A stretch of 63,233 nucleotides of DNA, filler included, from 10 parts of 10 records of this genome joined end to end with filler, not necessarily neighbours in it, one strand, 5' to 3'; numbered from the whole stretch's first letter, positions 9,713-23,118 are shown. Made by a program: numbers and translations. The notes: generated by a model from the sequence alone, not told the origin.

Positions 9713-10189
9713 ATGATATTATTTGTTGGATTTTTGTTGATGGAAATTGTTATGCCTCAGATTAGCCGGACCGCACTGGTACCCTACAGCGCGGAGCAAA
9801 TGTATCAGTTAGTGAATGACGTTCAGTCTTATCCTCAGTTTTTGCCGGGTTGTACCGGAAGTCGGATTCTGGAGTCCACTCCTGGGCAGATGACTGCGGC
9901 GGTAGATGTCTCTAAGGCTGGGATCAGCAAAACGTTTACTACCCGCAACCAGTTGACCAGTAACCAAAGTATTCTTATGAATCTGGTGGATGGGCCGTTC
10001 AAGAAATTGATTGGTGGATGGAAGTTTACGCCGCTGAGCCAGGAGGCGTGTCGTATCGAGTTTCATCTCGACTTTGAGTTTACCAATAAGTTGATTGAAC
10101 TCGCCTTTGGTCGCGTGTTTAAAGAGCTGGCGGCTAATATGGTCCAGGCTTTTACGGTTCGTGCGAAAGAGGTTTACAGTGCCAGGTAA
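9713..10189 (+). CDS. ratA: RatA/PasT START-domain protein
   Basis: [14 protein letters not shown] motif; divergent from smpB. Confidence 0.95.
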   Translation: MILFVGFLLMEIVMPQISRTALVPYSAEQMYQLVNDVQSYPQFLPGCTGSRILESTPGQMTAAVDVSKAGISKTFTTRNQLTSNQSILMNLVDGPFKKLIGGWKFTPLSQEACRIEFHLDFEFTNKLIELAFGRVFKELAANMVQAFTVRAKEVYSAR

Positions 10190-10469
10190 AATTGCCGTTG
10201 AGGTGGCTTATGCGCTACCTGAGAAGCAGTACCTGCAGCGAGTGACGCTGCAGGAGGGCGCGACGGTTGAAGAAGCTATTCGCGCCAGTGGCTTGCTGGA
10301 ATTGCGTACCGATATCGATTTAACTAAAAACAAAGTCGGCATTTACAGCCGTCCGGCAAAACTAAGCGATAGTGTGCATGATGGCGATCGGGTGGAGATT
10401 TATCGCCCTCTCATTGCCGATCCGAAAGAGCTTCGCAGGCAACGAGCAGAAAAATCAGCGAATAAATAA
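10179..10469 (+). CDS. ratB: RnfH-family ubiquitin-like protein RatB/YfjF
   Basis: GTG start at 10179, [15 protein letters not shown]...[11 protein letters not shown]. Confidence 0.92.
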
Positions 10470-10477
10470 CAGACAGA

Positions 10478-10507
10478 AAAAAGGTGCTCATTGAGCACCT
10501 TTTTTTA
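10478..10507. terminator. Bidirectional terminator between ratB and bamE
   Basis: AAAAAAGGTGCTCA-TTGAGCACCTTTTTTT. Confidence 0.8.
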
Positions 10508-10531
10508 ACGTCTTTGAGAGCAACTTTATTA

Positions 10532-10873
10532 TTAGTTACCACTCAGCGCAGGTTTGTTATCAATATTGGTCAACACACCGCTACTGTTAAAGGTCAGCGT
10601 CAGCGTTTGCTGAGTTACACCTTCATGACCTGGTTGCTGGCGGAAGACATAGAACCAGGTATTCGTACCAAATGGATCGGACATCAGCGGTGTACCCAAT
10701 GCGTACGCAACTTGTTGTTGCGTCATGCCAACACGTATTTTGGATACGTCGTTAGCGGTCAGATAGTTCCCCTGGTTGATGTCAGGACGGTAAACCACTC
10801 GCTCCAGAGTGGAACAGCCTGCGGTCAACATCAATAGTACTGCTGCTGCAGCAGTCAGCGTTTTACAGCGCAT
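10532..10873 (-). CDS. bamE: Outer-membrane protein assembly lipoprotein BamE
   Basis: Lipobox TAGC; QGN and GMT motifs. Confidence 0.97.
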
Positions 10874-11021
10874 AGTGATTTGATTCCTTTTCGGGCCCGA
10901 GCAGTACGTGGCTCATCTGTAATATGCCGATGATAATAGACCTTTCATCACTTTAAAACCTTTTGCTTTCCGGTCTTACGGCGTTTTGCTGTTTACTCTG
11001 ACCGTGAAGCAGGAAAAAAGT

Positions 11022-12683
11022 TTACGCTGCAAGCAGTTCTTTCGCATTCGCCAGTGTATTACGTGTGACTTCACTGCCACCAAGCAGGCGCGCCAGCTCT
11101 TGTAACCGCGCTTTTTTATTCAGGGATTGCATATGCGTTTCTGTCATCGCACCATCGGTTTCTTTGCTGACAAAATAGTGTTGATGACCACATCCCGCGA
11201 CTTGTGGCAGGTGGGTAACACACATCACCTGAGTTGATTCGCCGAGTTGACGCAGCAGTTTGCCGACAACTGCCGCTGTTGGACCGCTAATCCCTACATC
11301 CACTTCATCAAAAATCAGTGCCGGGGTTTCCATTTTACGCGCCGTGATGACCTGGATTGCCAGTGCGATGCGGGACAATTCACCACCGGATGCGACTTTG
11401 GCAATAGGCTGCATTGGCTGACCTGGGTTGGTGGTTACCCGAAACTCAATACGATCGGCACCGTCAGCGCCCAGGTGATGCTCGTCAAATTTAACATCGA
11501 TCGTAAACTGCCCATGCGGCATTGAGAGCGCATGCATACTGTCGGTGATCAGCTGTGCAAGTTCTTCTGCATATTGCTGGCGTTGTTGGTGTAATGCGCG
11601 CGCGATTTCCAGTGCCTGCTGATGATGTTTCGTTACCGCCAGCGCAAGCGTTTCTTGTGAGTCGGCCTGATCGTCCAGTTGCTGCTGTTCTTCCAGTAGC
11701 GACTGGTAATACTGTGGCAATGCCTCAGGGCTGACGTGATGTTTACGTGCCAGCGAAATCTGTTTTGAGATGCGCTGTTCAAGTTCAAATAGTCGGTTGG
11801 GATCGAGATCCAGACGATCGCAGTAGTGGCGCAGTTCATCGCTGGCTTCAGCAATCTGGATGGTAGCTTCTTCCAGCATATCAAGTACGCCGGACAGTTT
11901 GCTGTCCATGCCAATCAATTCGCTCACCAGTTGTTTAGCCGTGTAAAGCTGACTTTGCAGGTTTGCGTCTTCACCGTCGGCCATTAATGCCAATGCATTC
12001 TGGCTGGTGGTCAGCAATTGACCGCTGTTCGCCAGACGTTTGTACTCTTCGTCGATTTGTTCAAACTCTCCGGGCTGCGGATTAAATTCGTTAAGTTCTT
12101 TTAATTGGTATTGCAGCAGTTCCGCACGGGCGGCGCGTTCCTGACTTAACTGTTGATGATGCGCGAGGTCACGGCAGCTTTGATGCCACAACTGATAACG
12201 TGCGGTCATTTCCTGCAGTAGAGAGGTTTCATTGGCATAGCCATCAAGCAGGAATTTTTGGTGCTCAGGTTTGGTGAGTAATTGATGAGCGTGCTGACCA
12301 TGGATCTGAATCAGCAACTGACCCAGTTCGCGCAGTTGTGACAGAGGAACAGCTGTACCGTTGATGAAACCACGGGAGCGACCATCGCTGCTGATCACGC
12401 GACGAAGCAAACATTCATGCCCGTCTTCAAGCTGGTTTTCTTCCAGCCAGCGCAGAGCCGCTGGCGTATCTTTCAGAGAAAAACGGGCGCACAGGTCAGC
12501 GCGAGCAGCGCCGGTACGCACCATGTCGGCTTCAGCGCGACCACCGAGACAAAGACCGAGGGCATCTATTGCAATAGATTTACCCGCGCCGGTCTCGCCA
12601 GTTATTACGGTCATGCCGCTATGAAAATCAATCTCAAGCTCACGAACGATAGCAAAGTTGCTGATGGTCAGTTGTGCCAACAT
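11022..12683 (-). CDS. recN: DNA repair SMC-like ATPase RecN
   Basis: GETGAGKS Walker A, SGGE signature, FDEVD. Confidence 0.98.
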
Positions 12684-12709
12684 AGTCGTTTTCCTGTATG
12701 AAAAACCAT

Positions 12710-12751
12710 TACTGTTATTGTGTACAGTATAAACTGGTTTTATATACAGTA
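12710..12751 (-). promoter_or_regulatory. Two LexA (SOS) boxes upstream of recN
   Basis: TACTGTACACAATAACAGTA and TACTGTATATAAAACCAGTT (CTG-N10-CAG). Confidence 0.9.
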
Positions 12752-12768
12752 AAGAGGCTGGCGTAAAA

Positions 12769-13647
12769 TTAGAATAATTTTTTTGACCAGCCGAGCTTGG
12801 TGCTTAATGTGTTGAAATAACTGTAATCTTTCGGATGAATCAGATTCAGATGGTAATCACAGCGACGAATCAGGACATCTTCACCTTCCTGAATCGGCAG
12901 TGCTATCTGGCTGTCGCAACTGATTTCCAGGTCGTTACGGCGATGCGAAAAACGCAGACGGATCGTGCTGCTGCTGTTTATGACCAGTGGTCGTGCTGAC
13001 AACGTATGCGGGAACATGGGCACCAGGGTAATCGCATCCAGAGAGGGGGTCAGAATAGGACCGCCTGCAGAGAGGGAATAGGCGGTGGAGCCTGTTGGCG
13101 TCGAAATAATTAGTCCATCAGATCGCTGAGAAAACGCAAAGATCTCGTCGATATACACTTCGAACTCAATCATATGCGCCACTTTGCCTGGATGAAGCAC
13201 CACTTCATTTATCGCGGTGCTGATGCGTTTCTGGCAATCTTGCTGACAGACTTGCGCTTCCAGCAAAAAACGTTTCTCGCTGATGTAGTGGCCTTCCAGC
13301 ACATCGGCTAACTGTTGCTGGGCGTTATCGGGGTCAAGGTCAGTCAGGAAACCCAGGTTGCCACGGTTGATTCCAATAACTTTAATATCGTAACGGGCGA
13401 GTGTGCGTGCCGCGCCCAGCATATTACCGTCGCCACCAACGACTACCGCGAGATCAGCTAGTTGCCCAATCTCCGCGAGCGTGCCAGTTTTCACATTCTT
13501 CAGTTGCAGTTCGTGAGCGATTTGTTGCTCAACGATGACCTCGTAACCTTTTGTGCACAGCCAGCGGTAGAGCATTTCATGTGTTGTCAGTGCAGTGGGG
13601 TGCCGTGGGTGTCCCACAATGCCAATACACTTGAAATGATTATTCAT
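12769..13647 (-). CDS. nadK: NAD kinase
   Basis: GGDG, NE and [14 protein letters not shown] motifs. Confidence 0.98.
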
Positions 13648-13695
13648 TTTTCCGAGGTCCTTGTTGCGAAGATTGATGACAATGTGAGTGCTTCC

Positions 13696-13724
13696 CTTGA
13701 AACCCTGAAACTGATCCCCATAAT
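13696..13724 (+). promoter_or_regulatory. Sigma32 promoter of grpE
   Basis: CTTGAA ... CCCCAT. Confidence 0.8.
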
Positions 13725-13736
13725 AAGCGAAGTTAG

Positions 13737-14363
<627 letters not shown>

Positions 14364-14417
14364 TTTCTGCTTTCGTAATAATTCACGGCCCTGCATGCGA
14401 ATGCCGGGCCGTTTTCG

Positions 14418-15704
14418 TTACTCCGCCACACTCTCGCGCAGCGGTTTCACAGGAAAAACTTTTACCTGCTTAATCATATTGTCCTGTACGTCGAGAATAT
14501 CGATATCGTACTCGCCAATACGCACGCGGGTGCCTGCGACAGGGATCTCTTCCAGTGCCTCAAGAATGACGCCATTAACCGTGCGGGCATCATCTTCCGG
14601 TAGATGCCAGTTAAAGGCTTTGTTGATTTCCCGCACGTTGGCGGTGCCATCGATAATCACCGAACCGTCGTTTTGCGGCGTGACCTCTTCGGCAAGTGTT
14701 GGCGACATCGACGTAGTGAAATCGCCGACAATCTCTTCCAGAATATCTTCAACCGTCACCAGCCCCTGAATGTCTCCATACTCGTTGACGACCAGGCCGA
14801 CTTTCTTTTTGTTGCGCTGAAACTTTACCAACTGCGTGCTGAGCGGCGTACCTTCCGGCACAAAATAGATCTCGTCCGCGGCGCGCAGCATGGTTTCTTT
14901 GGTGAACTCTTTTTTCTCCGACATCAACCGCCAGGCTTCACGTACTCGCAGCATACTGATGGCGTCGTCCAGCGAATCACGGTAGAGCACGATGCGCCCG
15001 TGAGGTGAGTGGGAGAGTTGGCGCAGAATCGATTTCCAGTCATCGTTGATATCAATACCGATAATTTCACTGCGCGGCACCATGATGTCATCAACGGTCA
15101 TTTTTTCCAGATCGAGCACCGACAGCAGCATATCCTGATTGCGACGGGAAATTTGTGAGCGTGATTCGTGCACGATAGTGCGCAACTCTTCTTTGCTCAA
15201 AGAGCCGCTAACCACGATATCGGTTTTGATACCCATCATGCGCATCAGCATACGGGTGATAGCATTCAGCAACCAGACCAGCGGCATCATCAAAATTTGC
15301 AGCGGAGCCAGCAGAAAACTACTCGGATAAGCGACTTTTTCCGGGTACAGCGCGGCAATGGTTTTCGGCAATACCTCAGCAAATACCAGTACGACAAAAG
15401 TCAGCACACCAGTCGCAATTGCCACGCCCGCATCGCCGTACAAACGCATCCCAACAATAGTGCCGAGCGCGGAGGCAAGAATATTGACCAGGTTATTGCC
15501 GATTAACACCAGGCTTATCAGGCGGTCTGGCTTACGCAGCAATTTTTCGACGCGTTTGGCCGAGCGATTACCCTGTTTCGCCATATGTCGCAGACGATAG
15601 CGGTTGAGGGTCATCATTCCGGTTTCGGACCCGGAAAAATAGGCTGAAATGACCACCATGATGATCAGAATAATGATCAACGTAGTAGTAGAAATGTGTT
15701 CCAG
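14418..15704 (-). CDS. yfjD: CNNM/CBS-domain membrane protein YfjD (probable CTG start)
   Basis: FSGSET, GNNLVN and CBS pair; frame open to CTG at 15704 preceded by AAGGAG. Confidence 0.9.
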   Translation of the reverse strand: MEHISTTTLIIILIIMVVISAYFSGSETGMMTLNRYRLRHMAKQGNRSAKRVEKLLRKPDRLISLVLIGNNLVNILASALGTIVGMRLYGDAGVAIATGVLTFVVLVFAEVLPKTIAALYPEKVAYPSSFLLAPLQILMMPLVWLLNAITRMLMRMMGIKTDIVVSGSLSKEELRTIVHESRSQISRRNQDMLLSVLDLEKMTVDDIMVPRSEIIGIDINDDWKSILRQLSHSPHGRIVLYRDSLDDAISMLRVREAWRLMSEKKEFTKETMLRAADEIYFVPEGTPLSTQLVKFQRNKKKVGLVVNEYGDIQGLVTVEDILEEIVGDFTTSMSPTLAEEVTPQNDGSVIIDGTANVREINKAFNWHLPEDDARTVNGVILEALEEIPVAGTRVRIGEYDIDILDVQDNMIKQVKVFPVKPLRESVAE

Positions 15705-15724
15705 GGGAAACTCCTTTTCTGGGT

Positions 15725-16516
15725 TTAGCTGATTAACTGCTGGACAATTCGGCTGCCGAAGTAGGCCAGTGTCAGAATTACCGCGCCCGCAACGTTAAAC
15801 CAGACGACGCGGCGTCCACGCCATCCTTCATGATAATGTCCCCACAGCAGCACAATATAGACAAACCACGCCACGATAGAGAGCACAGCCTTGTCGATAT
15901 TTTCCATGCTAAATAAGTTGTGCATGTAGAACAGGCCAGTGCAAAGCGTGAGCGTTAGCAGCACCACGCCAATCTGCGTGATGTGGAACATTTTACGCTC
16001 GATACTCATCAATGGCGGCATTTCCTGGTTAAACGCCAGCTTCTTGTTCTTCAGTTGGTAATCAATCCACGCCAGTTGCAGCGCGTACAGGGCGGCGATA
16101 ATTAGCGTGGCATAGGAAAAGAGCGATAAGCCAATGTGCACCAGCATCCCAGGCGTAGCTTCCAGATGGGTGATGTATTCATTGGGCATGAAGGTTGCCA
16201 GCGCCAGGTTGATAAGCGCAAAGGCATAGACAATGGGTAGCAGCAGCCAGCCACGATTGCGAGAAGCCACAATGGTCATTACCGTACAGATCATCAAACT
16301 GACCAATGAACCAACGTTCAGCAGGCTGAGGTTTTGTCCGCTATCACCGTCGGGCAGGATGCGGGCTTCCAGAGCGATTGCGTGGCAGACCAGCGCAATG
16401 ACCGCAGAAATAATAGCCATGCGCCGCCAGCCGCCGTTTTTTTGCAGCAGACCGGGAACAATCAGCGCAAGACTGACGGAGTAGGCGACAAGCGCGAGCA
16501 GAGCAAAAACGGGCAT
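15725..16516 (-). CDS. ypjD: Cytochrome c assembly-family inner membrane protein
   Basis: Hydrophobic ORF from ATG 16516 (MPVFALL), GWRGRR motif, divergent from ffh. Confidence 0.9.
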   Translation of the reverse strand: MPVFALLALVAYSVSLALIVPGLLQKNGGWRRMAIISAVIALVCHAIALEARILPDGDSGQNLSLLNVGSLVSLMICTVMTIVASRNRGWLLLPIVYAFALINLALATFMPNEYITHLEATPGMLVHIGLSLFSYATLIIAALYALQLAWIDYQLKNKKLAFNQEMPPLMSIERKMFHITQIGVVLLTLTLCTGLFYMHNLFSMENIDKAVLSIVAWFVYIVLLWGHYHEGWRGRRVVWFNVAGAVILTLAYFGSRIVQQLIS

Positions 16517-16682
16517 AGTGATGTCGACAGTTTGAGCAATAAGAAAGAGAAGCAGTATAGCGTCAGGTGAACGCTGCTCCAACCGTTGCATAACAACAAA
16601 GACGCCTTCATGTTATACTGCGGCAAAATACTGATGATGTGTCGCGATTGCGGCCAACCGTTTCCACCCCAGGCGAGAGACA

Positions 16683-18044
16683 ATGTTTGATAATTTAACC
16701 GATCGTTTGTCGCGCACGCTGCGCAATATCAGTGGCCGTGGACGCCTCACTGAAGACAACGTAAAAGATACGCTGCGCGAAGTGCGCATGGCGCTGCTGG
16801 AGGCGGACGTAGCTCTGCCGGTAGTGCGTGAGTTTATCAATCGCGTAAAAGAGAAAGCGGTTGGTCATGAAGTTAATAAGAGCCTGACGCCGGGGCAGGA
16901 GTTCGTCAAAATAGTCCGTAACGAACTGGTTGCGGCGATGGGCGAAGAGAACCAGACCCTGAACCTGGCTGCGCAACCGCCTGCGGTCGTACTGATGGCG
17001 GGCCTGCAAGGTGCCGGTAAAACAACCAGCGTTGGTAAACTCGGTAAGTTCCTGCGCGAGAAGCACAAGAAGAAAGTGCTGGTGGTTTCTGCCGACGTTT
17101 ATCGCCCGGCGGCAATCAAACAGCTTGAGACGCTGGCAGAGCAGGTGGGCGTTGATTTCTTCCCTTCTGATGTTGGTCAGAAGCCGGTAGATATCGTTAA
17201 CGCGGCGCTGAAAGAAGCCAAACTGAAATTCTACGACGTGCTGCTGGTGGATACCGCTGGTCGTCTGCACGTTGACGAAGCGATGATGGACGAGATCAAA
17301 CAAGTCCATGCGTCGATTAACCCGGTTGAAACCCTGTTTGTGGTTGACGCCATGACCGGTCAGGATGCGGCCAATACGGCAAAAGCATTCAATGAAGCGT
17401 TACCGCTTACCGGCGTAGTGTTGACCAAAGTGGACGGCGATGCCCGCGGCGGTGCGGCGCTCTCTATTCGTCACATCACTGGCAAACCGATCAAGTTCCT
17501 CGGTGTTGGCGAGAAAACTGAGGCGCTGGAGCCGTTCCATCCGGACCGCATCGCGTCGCGTATTCTCGGCATGGGCGACGTACTGTCGCTGATCGAAGAT
17601 ATCGAAAGCAAAGTTGACCGCGCGCAGGCAGAGAAATTAGCCAGCAAGCTGAAAAAAGGTGACGGCTTCGATCTCAACGACTTTCTTGAGCAGCTGCGCC
17701 AGATGAAAAATATGGGCGGCATGGCTAGTCTGATGGGCAAGCTGCCGGGCATGGGGCAGATCCCGGATAACGTCAAGTCACAGATGGACGATAAAGTGCT
17801 GGTGCGTATGGAAGCCATCATCAACTCGATGACGATGAAAGAGCGCGCTAAGCCAGAAATCATCAAAGGTTCGCGTAAACGCCGTATTGCTGCCGGTTGC
17901 GGTATGCAGGTGCAGGACGTTAACCGTCTTCTGAAACAGTTCGACGACATGCAGCGCATGATGAAGAAAATGAAGAAGGGCGGAATGGCGAAGATGATGA
18001 GAAGCATGAAGGGTATGATGCCCCCAGGCTTCCCTGGTCGCTAA
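16683..18044 (+). CDS. ffh: Signal recognition particle protein
   Basis: GLQGAGKTT, DTAGR, TKVDG, Met-rich M domain. Confidence 0.99.
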   Translation: MFDNLTDRLSRTLRNISGRGRLTEDNVKDTLREVRMALLEADVALPVVREFINRVKEKAVGHEVNKSLTPGQEFVKIVRNELVAAMGEENQTLNLAAQPPAVVLMAGLQGAGKTTSVGKLGKFLREKHKKKVLVVSADVYRPAAIKQLETLAEQVGVDFFPSDVGQKPVDIVNAALKEAKLKFYDVLLVDTAGRLHVDEAMMDEIKQVHASINPVETLFVVDAMTGQDAANTAKAFNEALPLTGVVLTKVDGDARGGAALSIRHITGKPIKFLGVGEKTEALEPFHPDRIASRILGMGDVLSLIEDIESKVDRAQAEKLASKLKKGDGFDLNDFLEQLRQMKNMGGMASLMGKLPGMGQIPDNVKSQMDDKVLVRMEAIINSMTMKERAKPEIIKGSRKRRIAAGCGMQVQDVNRLLKQFDDMQRMMKKMKKGGMAKMMRSMKGMMPPGFPGR

Positions 18045-18045
18045 T

Positions 18046-18163
18046 CGGCCTGGCTTGTTTGCCATTTTGGCACCGGGATGTGCTCGTCATCCTCACGTAC
18101 TGCGTGTACGCTCCGGTGACTGCGCGCACTCCGGCACCAAACTGGCTGCACCGCCGACGGCCT
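18046..18163. repeat. Long imperfect palindrome, likely an enterobacterial RSA-type intergenic repeat
   Basis: Arms GCCATTTTGGCACCGG / CCGGCACCAAACTGGC around CACGTACTGCGTGTACGCTCCGG; family name from recall. Confidence 0.55.
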
Positions 18164-18214
18164 TTTACAGCAGAGTTAGCAACTGTTGATTGCAATTCCC
18201 GCAAAAATGAGTAA

Positions 18215-18541
<327 letters not shown>

Positions 18542-18559
18542 TCTGTCACGGTGGTCATG

Positions 18560-19108
18560 ATGAGCAAACAACTCACCGCGCAAGCACCTGTTGATCCCAT
18601 CGTTTTGGGAAAAATGGGTTCGTCTTACGGTATTCGTGGGTGGCTCAGAGTGTTTTCTTCCACCGAAGACGCCGAAAGCATTTTTGACTATCAGCCCTGG
18701 TTTATCCAGAAGGCGGGTCAGTGGCAGCAAGTCCAGCTGGAAAGCTGGAAGCACCACAATCAGGACATGATCATCAAGCTGAAAGGCGTTGACGATCGTG
18801 ATGCGGCGAACCTGCTGACGAATTGTGAAATTGTCGTGGATTCATCGCAGCTGCCTCAGCTTGAAGAGGGGGACTACTACTGGAAAGACCTGATGGGCTG
18901 CCAGGTAGTAACCACTGAAGGCTACGATCTCGGTAAAGTCGTCGATATGATGGAAACCGGATCTAATGACGTTCTCGTCATTAAGGCAAACCTGAAAGAT
19001 GCGTTTGGTATCAAGGAACGTCTCGTACCGTTCCTCGATGGGCAGGTTATCAAGAAAGTCGATCTCACTACTCGTTCAATCGAAGTAGATTGGGATCCTG
19101 GTTTTTAA
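18560..19108 (+). CDS. rimM: Ribosome maturation factor RimM
   Basis: GIRGWL and [11 protein letters not shown]; operon position. Confidence 0.98.
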
Positions 19109-19138
19109 ACCACCGGATAAACGGTAAAAGACGGCGCT

Positions 19139-19906
19139 ATGTGGATTGGCATAATTAGCCTGTTTCCTGAAATGTTCCGCGCAATTACCGATTACGGGGT
19201 AACTGGCCGGGCAGTTAAAAATGGCCTGCTGAGCATCCAGAGCTGGAGTCCTCGCGACTTCACGCATGACCGGCACCGTACCGTGGACGATCGTCCTTAC
19301 GGCGGCGGACCGGGGATGTTAATGATGGTGCAACCCTTGCGGGACGCCATTCATGCAGCAAAAGCCGCGGCGGGTGAAGGCGCAAAGGTGATTTATCTGT
19401 CACCACAGGGACGCAAGCTTGATCAAGCGGGCGTCAGCGAACTGGCAACGAATCAAAAATTGATTCTGGTGTGCGGTCGCTACGAAGGTATAGATGAGCG
19501 CGTGATCCAAACCGAAATTGACGAAGAATGGTCAATCGGCGATTACGTTCTCAGTGGTGGTGAGTTACCAGCAATGACGCTGATTGACTCCGTTTCCCGG
19601 TTTATTCCGGGAGTACTGGGACATGAAGCCTCGGCAACGGAAGATTCCTTTGCTGAAGGATTGCTGGATTGCCCGCACTATACGCGGCCTGAGGTGTTAG
19701 AAGGGATGGAAGTTCCGCCAGTGTTACTGTCGGGCAACCATGCCGAGATACGTCGCTGGCGTTTGAAACAGTCGCTGGGCCGTACCTGGCTTAGAAGACC
19801 TGAACTTCTGGAAAACCTGGCTCTGACTGAAGAGCAAGCAAGGTTGCTGGCGGAGTTCAAAACGGAACACGCACAACAGCAACATAAACATGATGGGATG
19901 GCGTAA
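19139..19906 (+). CDS. trmD: tRNA (guanine-N1)-methyltransferase
   Basis: [30 protein letters not shown]. Confidence 0.99.
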
Positions 19907-19944
19907 GCCCCCGAGATATCAGTTTACCCAGGATAAGAGATTAA

Positions 19945-20295
<351 letters not shown>

Positions 20296-20323
20296 GATTT
20301 CGCTTAAGCGACATCCTGTTAAG

Positions 20324-20353
20324 AAGGGCTGGCCAATTGGCTGGCCCTTTTTT
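20324..20353 (+). terminator. Terminator after rplS
   Basis: AAGGGCTGGCCAATTGGCTGGCCCTTTTTT. Confidence 0.8.
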
Positions 20354-20370
20354 ATCTGTTTGCTGGTGTT

Positions 20371-20853
20371 TTAAGGGGTAGTAATCACCACTGCGACGCG
20401 GCGGTTCTCGGCGCGGCCCTGGGCGGTCTTGTTACTGGCTATGGGATATTTTTTTCCTAAACCCTGTGTGGTGAGATTGCTGCGTGGAATTTGTCCACCC
20501 ATAGCCCATGCATCGGCCACGACATTCGCCCGTTTCAATGATAAGCCTTCGTTGTAACTGTCTTCACCATAGTTATCGGTGTGTCCATCCATACGGGCAT
20601 GTGTTAGCCCTGTCGAGGCCAATTTAGCTGCCATGGTTTGGATCTGTTGCTGGCTTTCCGGGAGCAATTTGTAGTCATTTTTTGCGAACAGAATGGCATC
20701 TGATAAGCCCAGCGACCAGTCGCCGGCGGATTCAGTAAATCCATAAGATTGCATAGCGGCGACTTGCTCAGGAGTAAACTTTCCCTGAGGGGACTGGCAG
20801 CCAGTCAGTATTAGTGAGGTGAAAACCAGGGGTGCTACCAGGTGCTTTATCAT
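20371..20853 (-). CDS. yfiB: OmpA-like lipoprotein YfiB
   Basis: Lipobox LTGC; GHTD...LSLKRA...NRRV. Confidence 0.95.
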   Translation of the reverse strand: MIKHLVAPLVFTSLILTGCQSPQGKFTPEQVAAMQSYGFTESAGDWSLGLSDAILFAKNDYKLLPESQQQIQTMAAKLASTGLTHARMDGHTDNYGEDSYNEGLSLKRANVVADAWAMGGQIPRSNLTTQGLGKKYPIASNKTAQGRAENRRVAVVITTP

Positions 20854-20868
20854 ATCGATATATCCTTG

Positions 20869-22095
20869 TTATCTCACCAGCTTTTCGGCACGCTGGTGTT
20901 TGGCCTGATACATATTGTGATCGGCAAGCTCTTGTAATTTTTCCGCAGAGGCGTGCTCAATGGTCATCGCGTAACCAATGCTTAATGTCATGGTGGTCTG
21001 ATGGCCATTATGAAGATCAAACGGGAGATTAAAGATTTGTGTCAGTGCTGAACATATCTGCTGCACTTCAGATTCCGACTGTACATCATAGAGCACCATA
21101 GCGAATTCATCGCCGCCCAGGCGGTATGCTTTATGTCGCAGCCCGCCAAATTCAGCTAACCGTTTTGCGATTTCAATCAAGACTCTATCGCCCGTCGCAT
21201 GACCCCAGGTATCATTGATGTATTTGAAATTATCGCCATCAAGAAATAGTAACGCCGACGTTTTTCGGGCATCGGAATTGTTCATCAACGTGTTGATGCC
21301 GCTACGAAACGCTGCGCGGTTAGCCAGCCCGGTTAATGGGTCATGTAGCGCGGTACGTAGAAGCTGCGCATTTTTAGCCTGTAAACGAAGCTGCCACTCT
21401 TCCATTTCATCCAGCAGACTGTTGAAGTCGAGAGCGAAGCGGTGAAACTCAGCGATACGTTCTTCCGAAACTCGTCGGGAAAAATTGCGGTTGGAACGCA
21501 CATCATGTACGACATCGGTGATATTTTTCAGCGCTTCTACCAGGCCATTGTGCAAATGGCGGGTGAGGGTAATTGCGATGCCTGATGCCAGCAGAATACA
21601 ACCGGTCAGTACGGCGAGCGAAAACCAGATAAAATGGCTGATTGAACTGTCGCGAGCGGTTAAGCGTACTTCGCCAATGGTTTCACCATTGTGACGAATC
21701 GGCTGAATGATGGGGGCAGGGAAGAGCCAGTGGCTTATGAAATTACTGAAAGTATCGCCTGGATCCTTACGGGTGTAATGCCAGGATGCCAGAATATTTT
21801 GCTGCTTATCACGTACTTCTGCAGTTGAAAATTGCCCTTGCTGGCCCAGCGCTGCCAGTGTTTCAGTTGCTGCAGGGCCATCGGCAAAAACGACAGCTGC
21901 TTCCAGACTGTAAGTCATTGTTGCTGCTGTCAGTGCCAGGTTTTTTTGCGCGTACTGTTTCAGGGTCAGCACCGAGGTCACGGAAAGCAGCAACCAGATC
22001 AGCATCATAGTGATAAATATGCTGGTCATACTGATGTTGCGTAATGCTCTTTTAAACGTGGGGCGCTTATTAAGAGAATTATCGTTATCCATCAT
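20869..22095 (-). CDS. dgcN: Diguanylate cyclase DgcN (YfiN)
   Basis: Two TM segments, HAMP domain, RLGGDEF. Confidence 0.96.
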
Positions 22096-22603
22096 TTTTC
22101 TTCCGTGCGAGCATTAAGACATCCGGGTTGACCTTTACACCGCTACGCGATAAGGCATCCAGGTTTACGGCAAATCTGACGTCATTATTGTGGATGATCA
22201 GACAAAAGGCGCTACCAATAATGCACTCGGTATTTTGTTCGGCAATTAATAATAACGCCTTTGACGGATATTGTTCGGTTAATTCCATCTGGAATGTCGG
22301 TGACTCGTTGCCAAAATAAAAACCATTGCAGCCTGAAATCATCGCCTCTTGTTGAGTGTGAATGATGACAGGCAGATAAGGCAAAGATGTCGCGGCATTC
22401 TCTTGTAGGGCGGTACTAAAACGTGAAGATGAAAAGATACATAACTTTGGTGGCCCTGATAGCGCAGGCCAGCGGGTGTAACTGACAATACCGGAAACCA
22501 TCATACGCACGTTTTTCGCAACGTCAGAAGGCTCCTGAGCGAGTATTGGTGCTCCCGTCAGCAGGAGAATCAGAAGTAAGAACAGTCGGTGAGAAAAACG
22601 CAT
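22085..22603 (-). CDS. yfiR: Periplasmic regulator YfiR
   Basis: Signal peptide, GIVSYTRWP; first gene of yfiRNB. Confidence 0.95.
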
Positions 22604-22752
22604 TCAGGGATCCCCACCATCTTCGCTCGAAATGCATCGATATTTTTTCAGAATGCTCATTAAAATATCATTTTTTCATGCGACCGTCATCAATGTGAGA
22701 AATAAAACACAATGAGTAAAATCTTATGTTTAATTTATTTGTGGGGTTTTAA

Positions 22753-23118
22753 TTAATTTAATCGTATTGTGCTGGCATTTTCATCAGCCCCTTTTTGCCA
22801 TACTTCATGCAGTTGGCTGGCATTTTCAACATTGTTGCAGCTGGCAGGAAAGCTTTTACCGGAAAGTCCTCGGGCATAAGTAAAATCGGTCTGGCAAGTT
22901 TTCTTTTGTCCTTCGGCATATCCTTTAAGGTATAGACCGCGATCCGCCTGTGAATCGCTAAATGCATCGTCATCTTTTATGGCGCTGCCCGATATCGCAT
23001 CTTCCATACCGACATCATACCAGTCGGTGCTGGTCAAGGTTGGCGCGTGAGTATAAGGATCAATCTGACATCCGCTAACCAGTAAAGCCAACAAGGGGGC
23101 GATAAACTTTTTCATCAT
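22753..23118 (-). CDS. yfiL: Lipoprotein YfiL
   Basis: MMKKFIAPLLALLVSGC lipobox. Confidence 0.88.
   Translation of the reverse strand: MMKKFIAPLLALLVSGCQIDPYTHAPTLTSTDWYDVGMEDAISGSAIKDDDAFSDSQADRGLYLKGYAEGQKKTCQTDFTYARGLSGKSFPASCNNVENASQLHEVWQKGADENASTIRLN

Noticed and set aside
9713..10469. ratA-ratB as a novel toxin-antitoxin or ubiquitin-like system
   Set aside because: A well-known core locus next to smpB.
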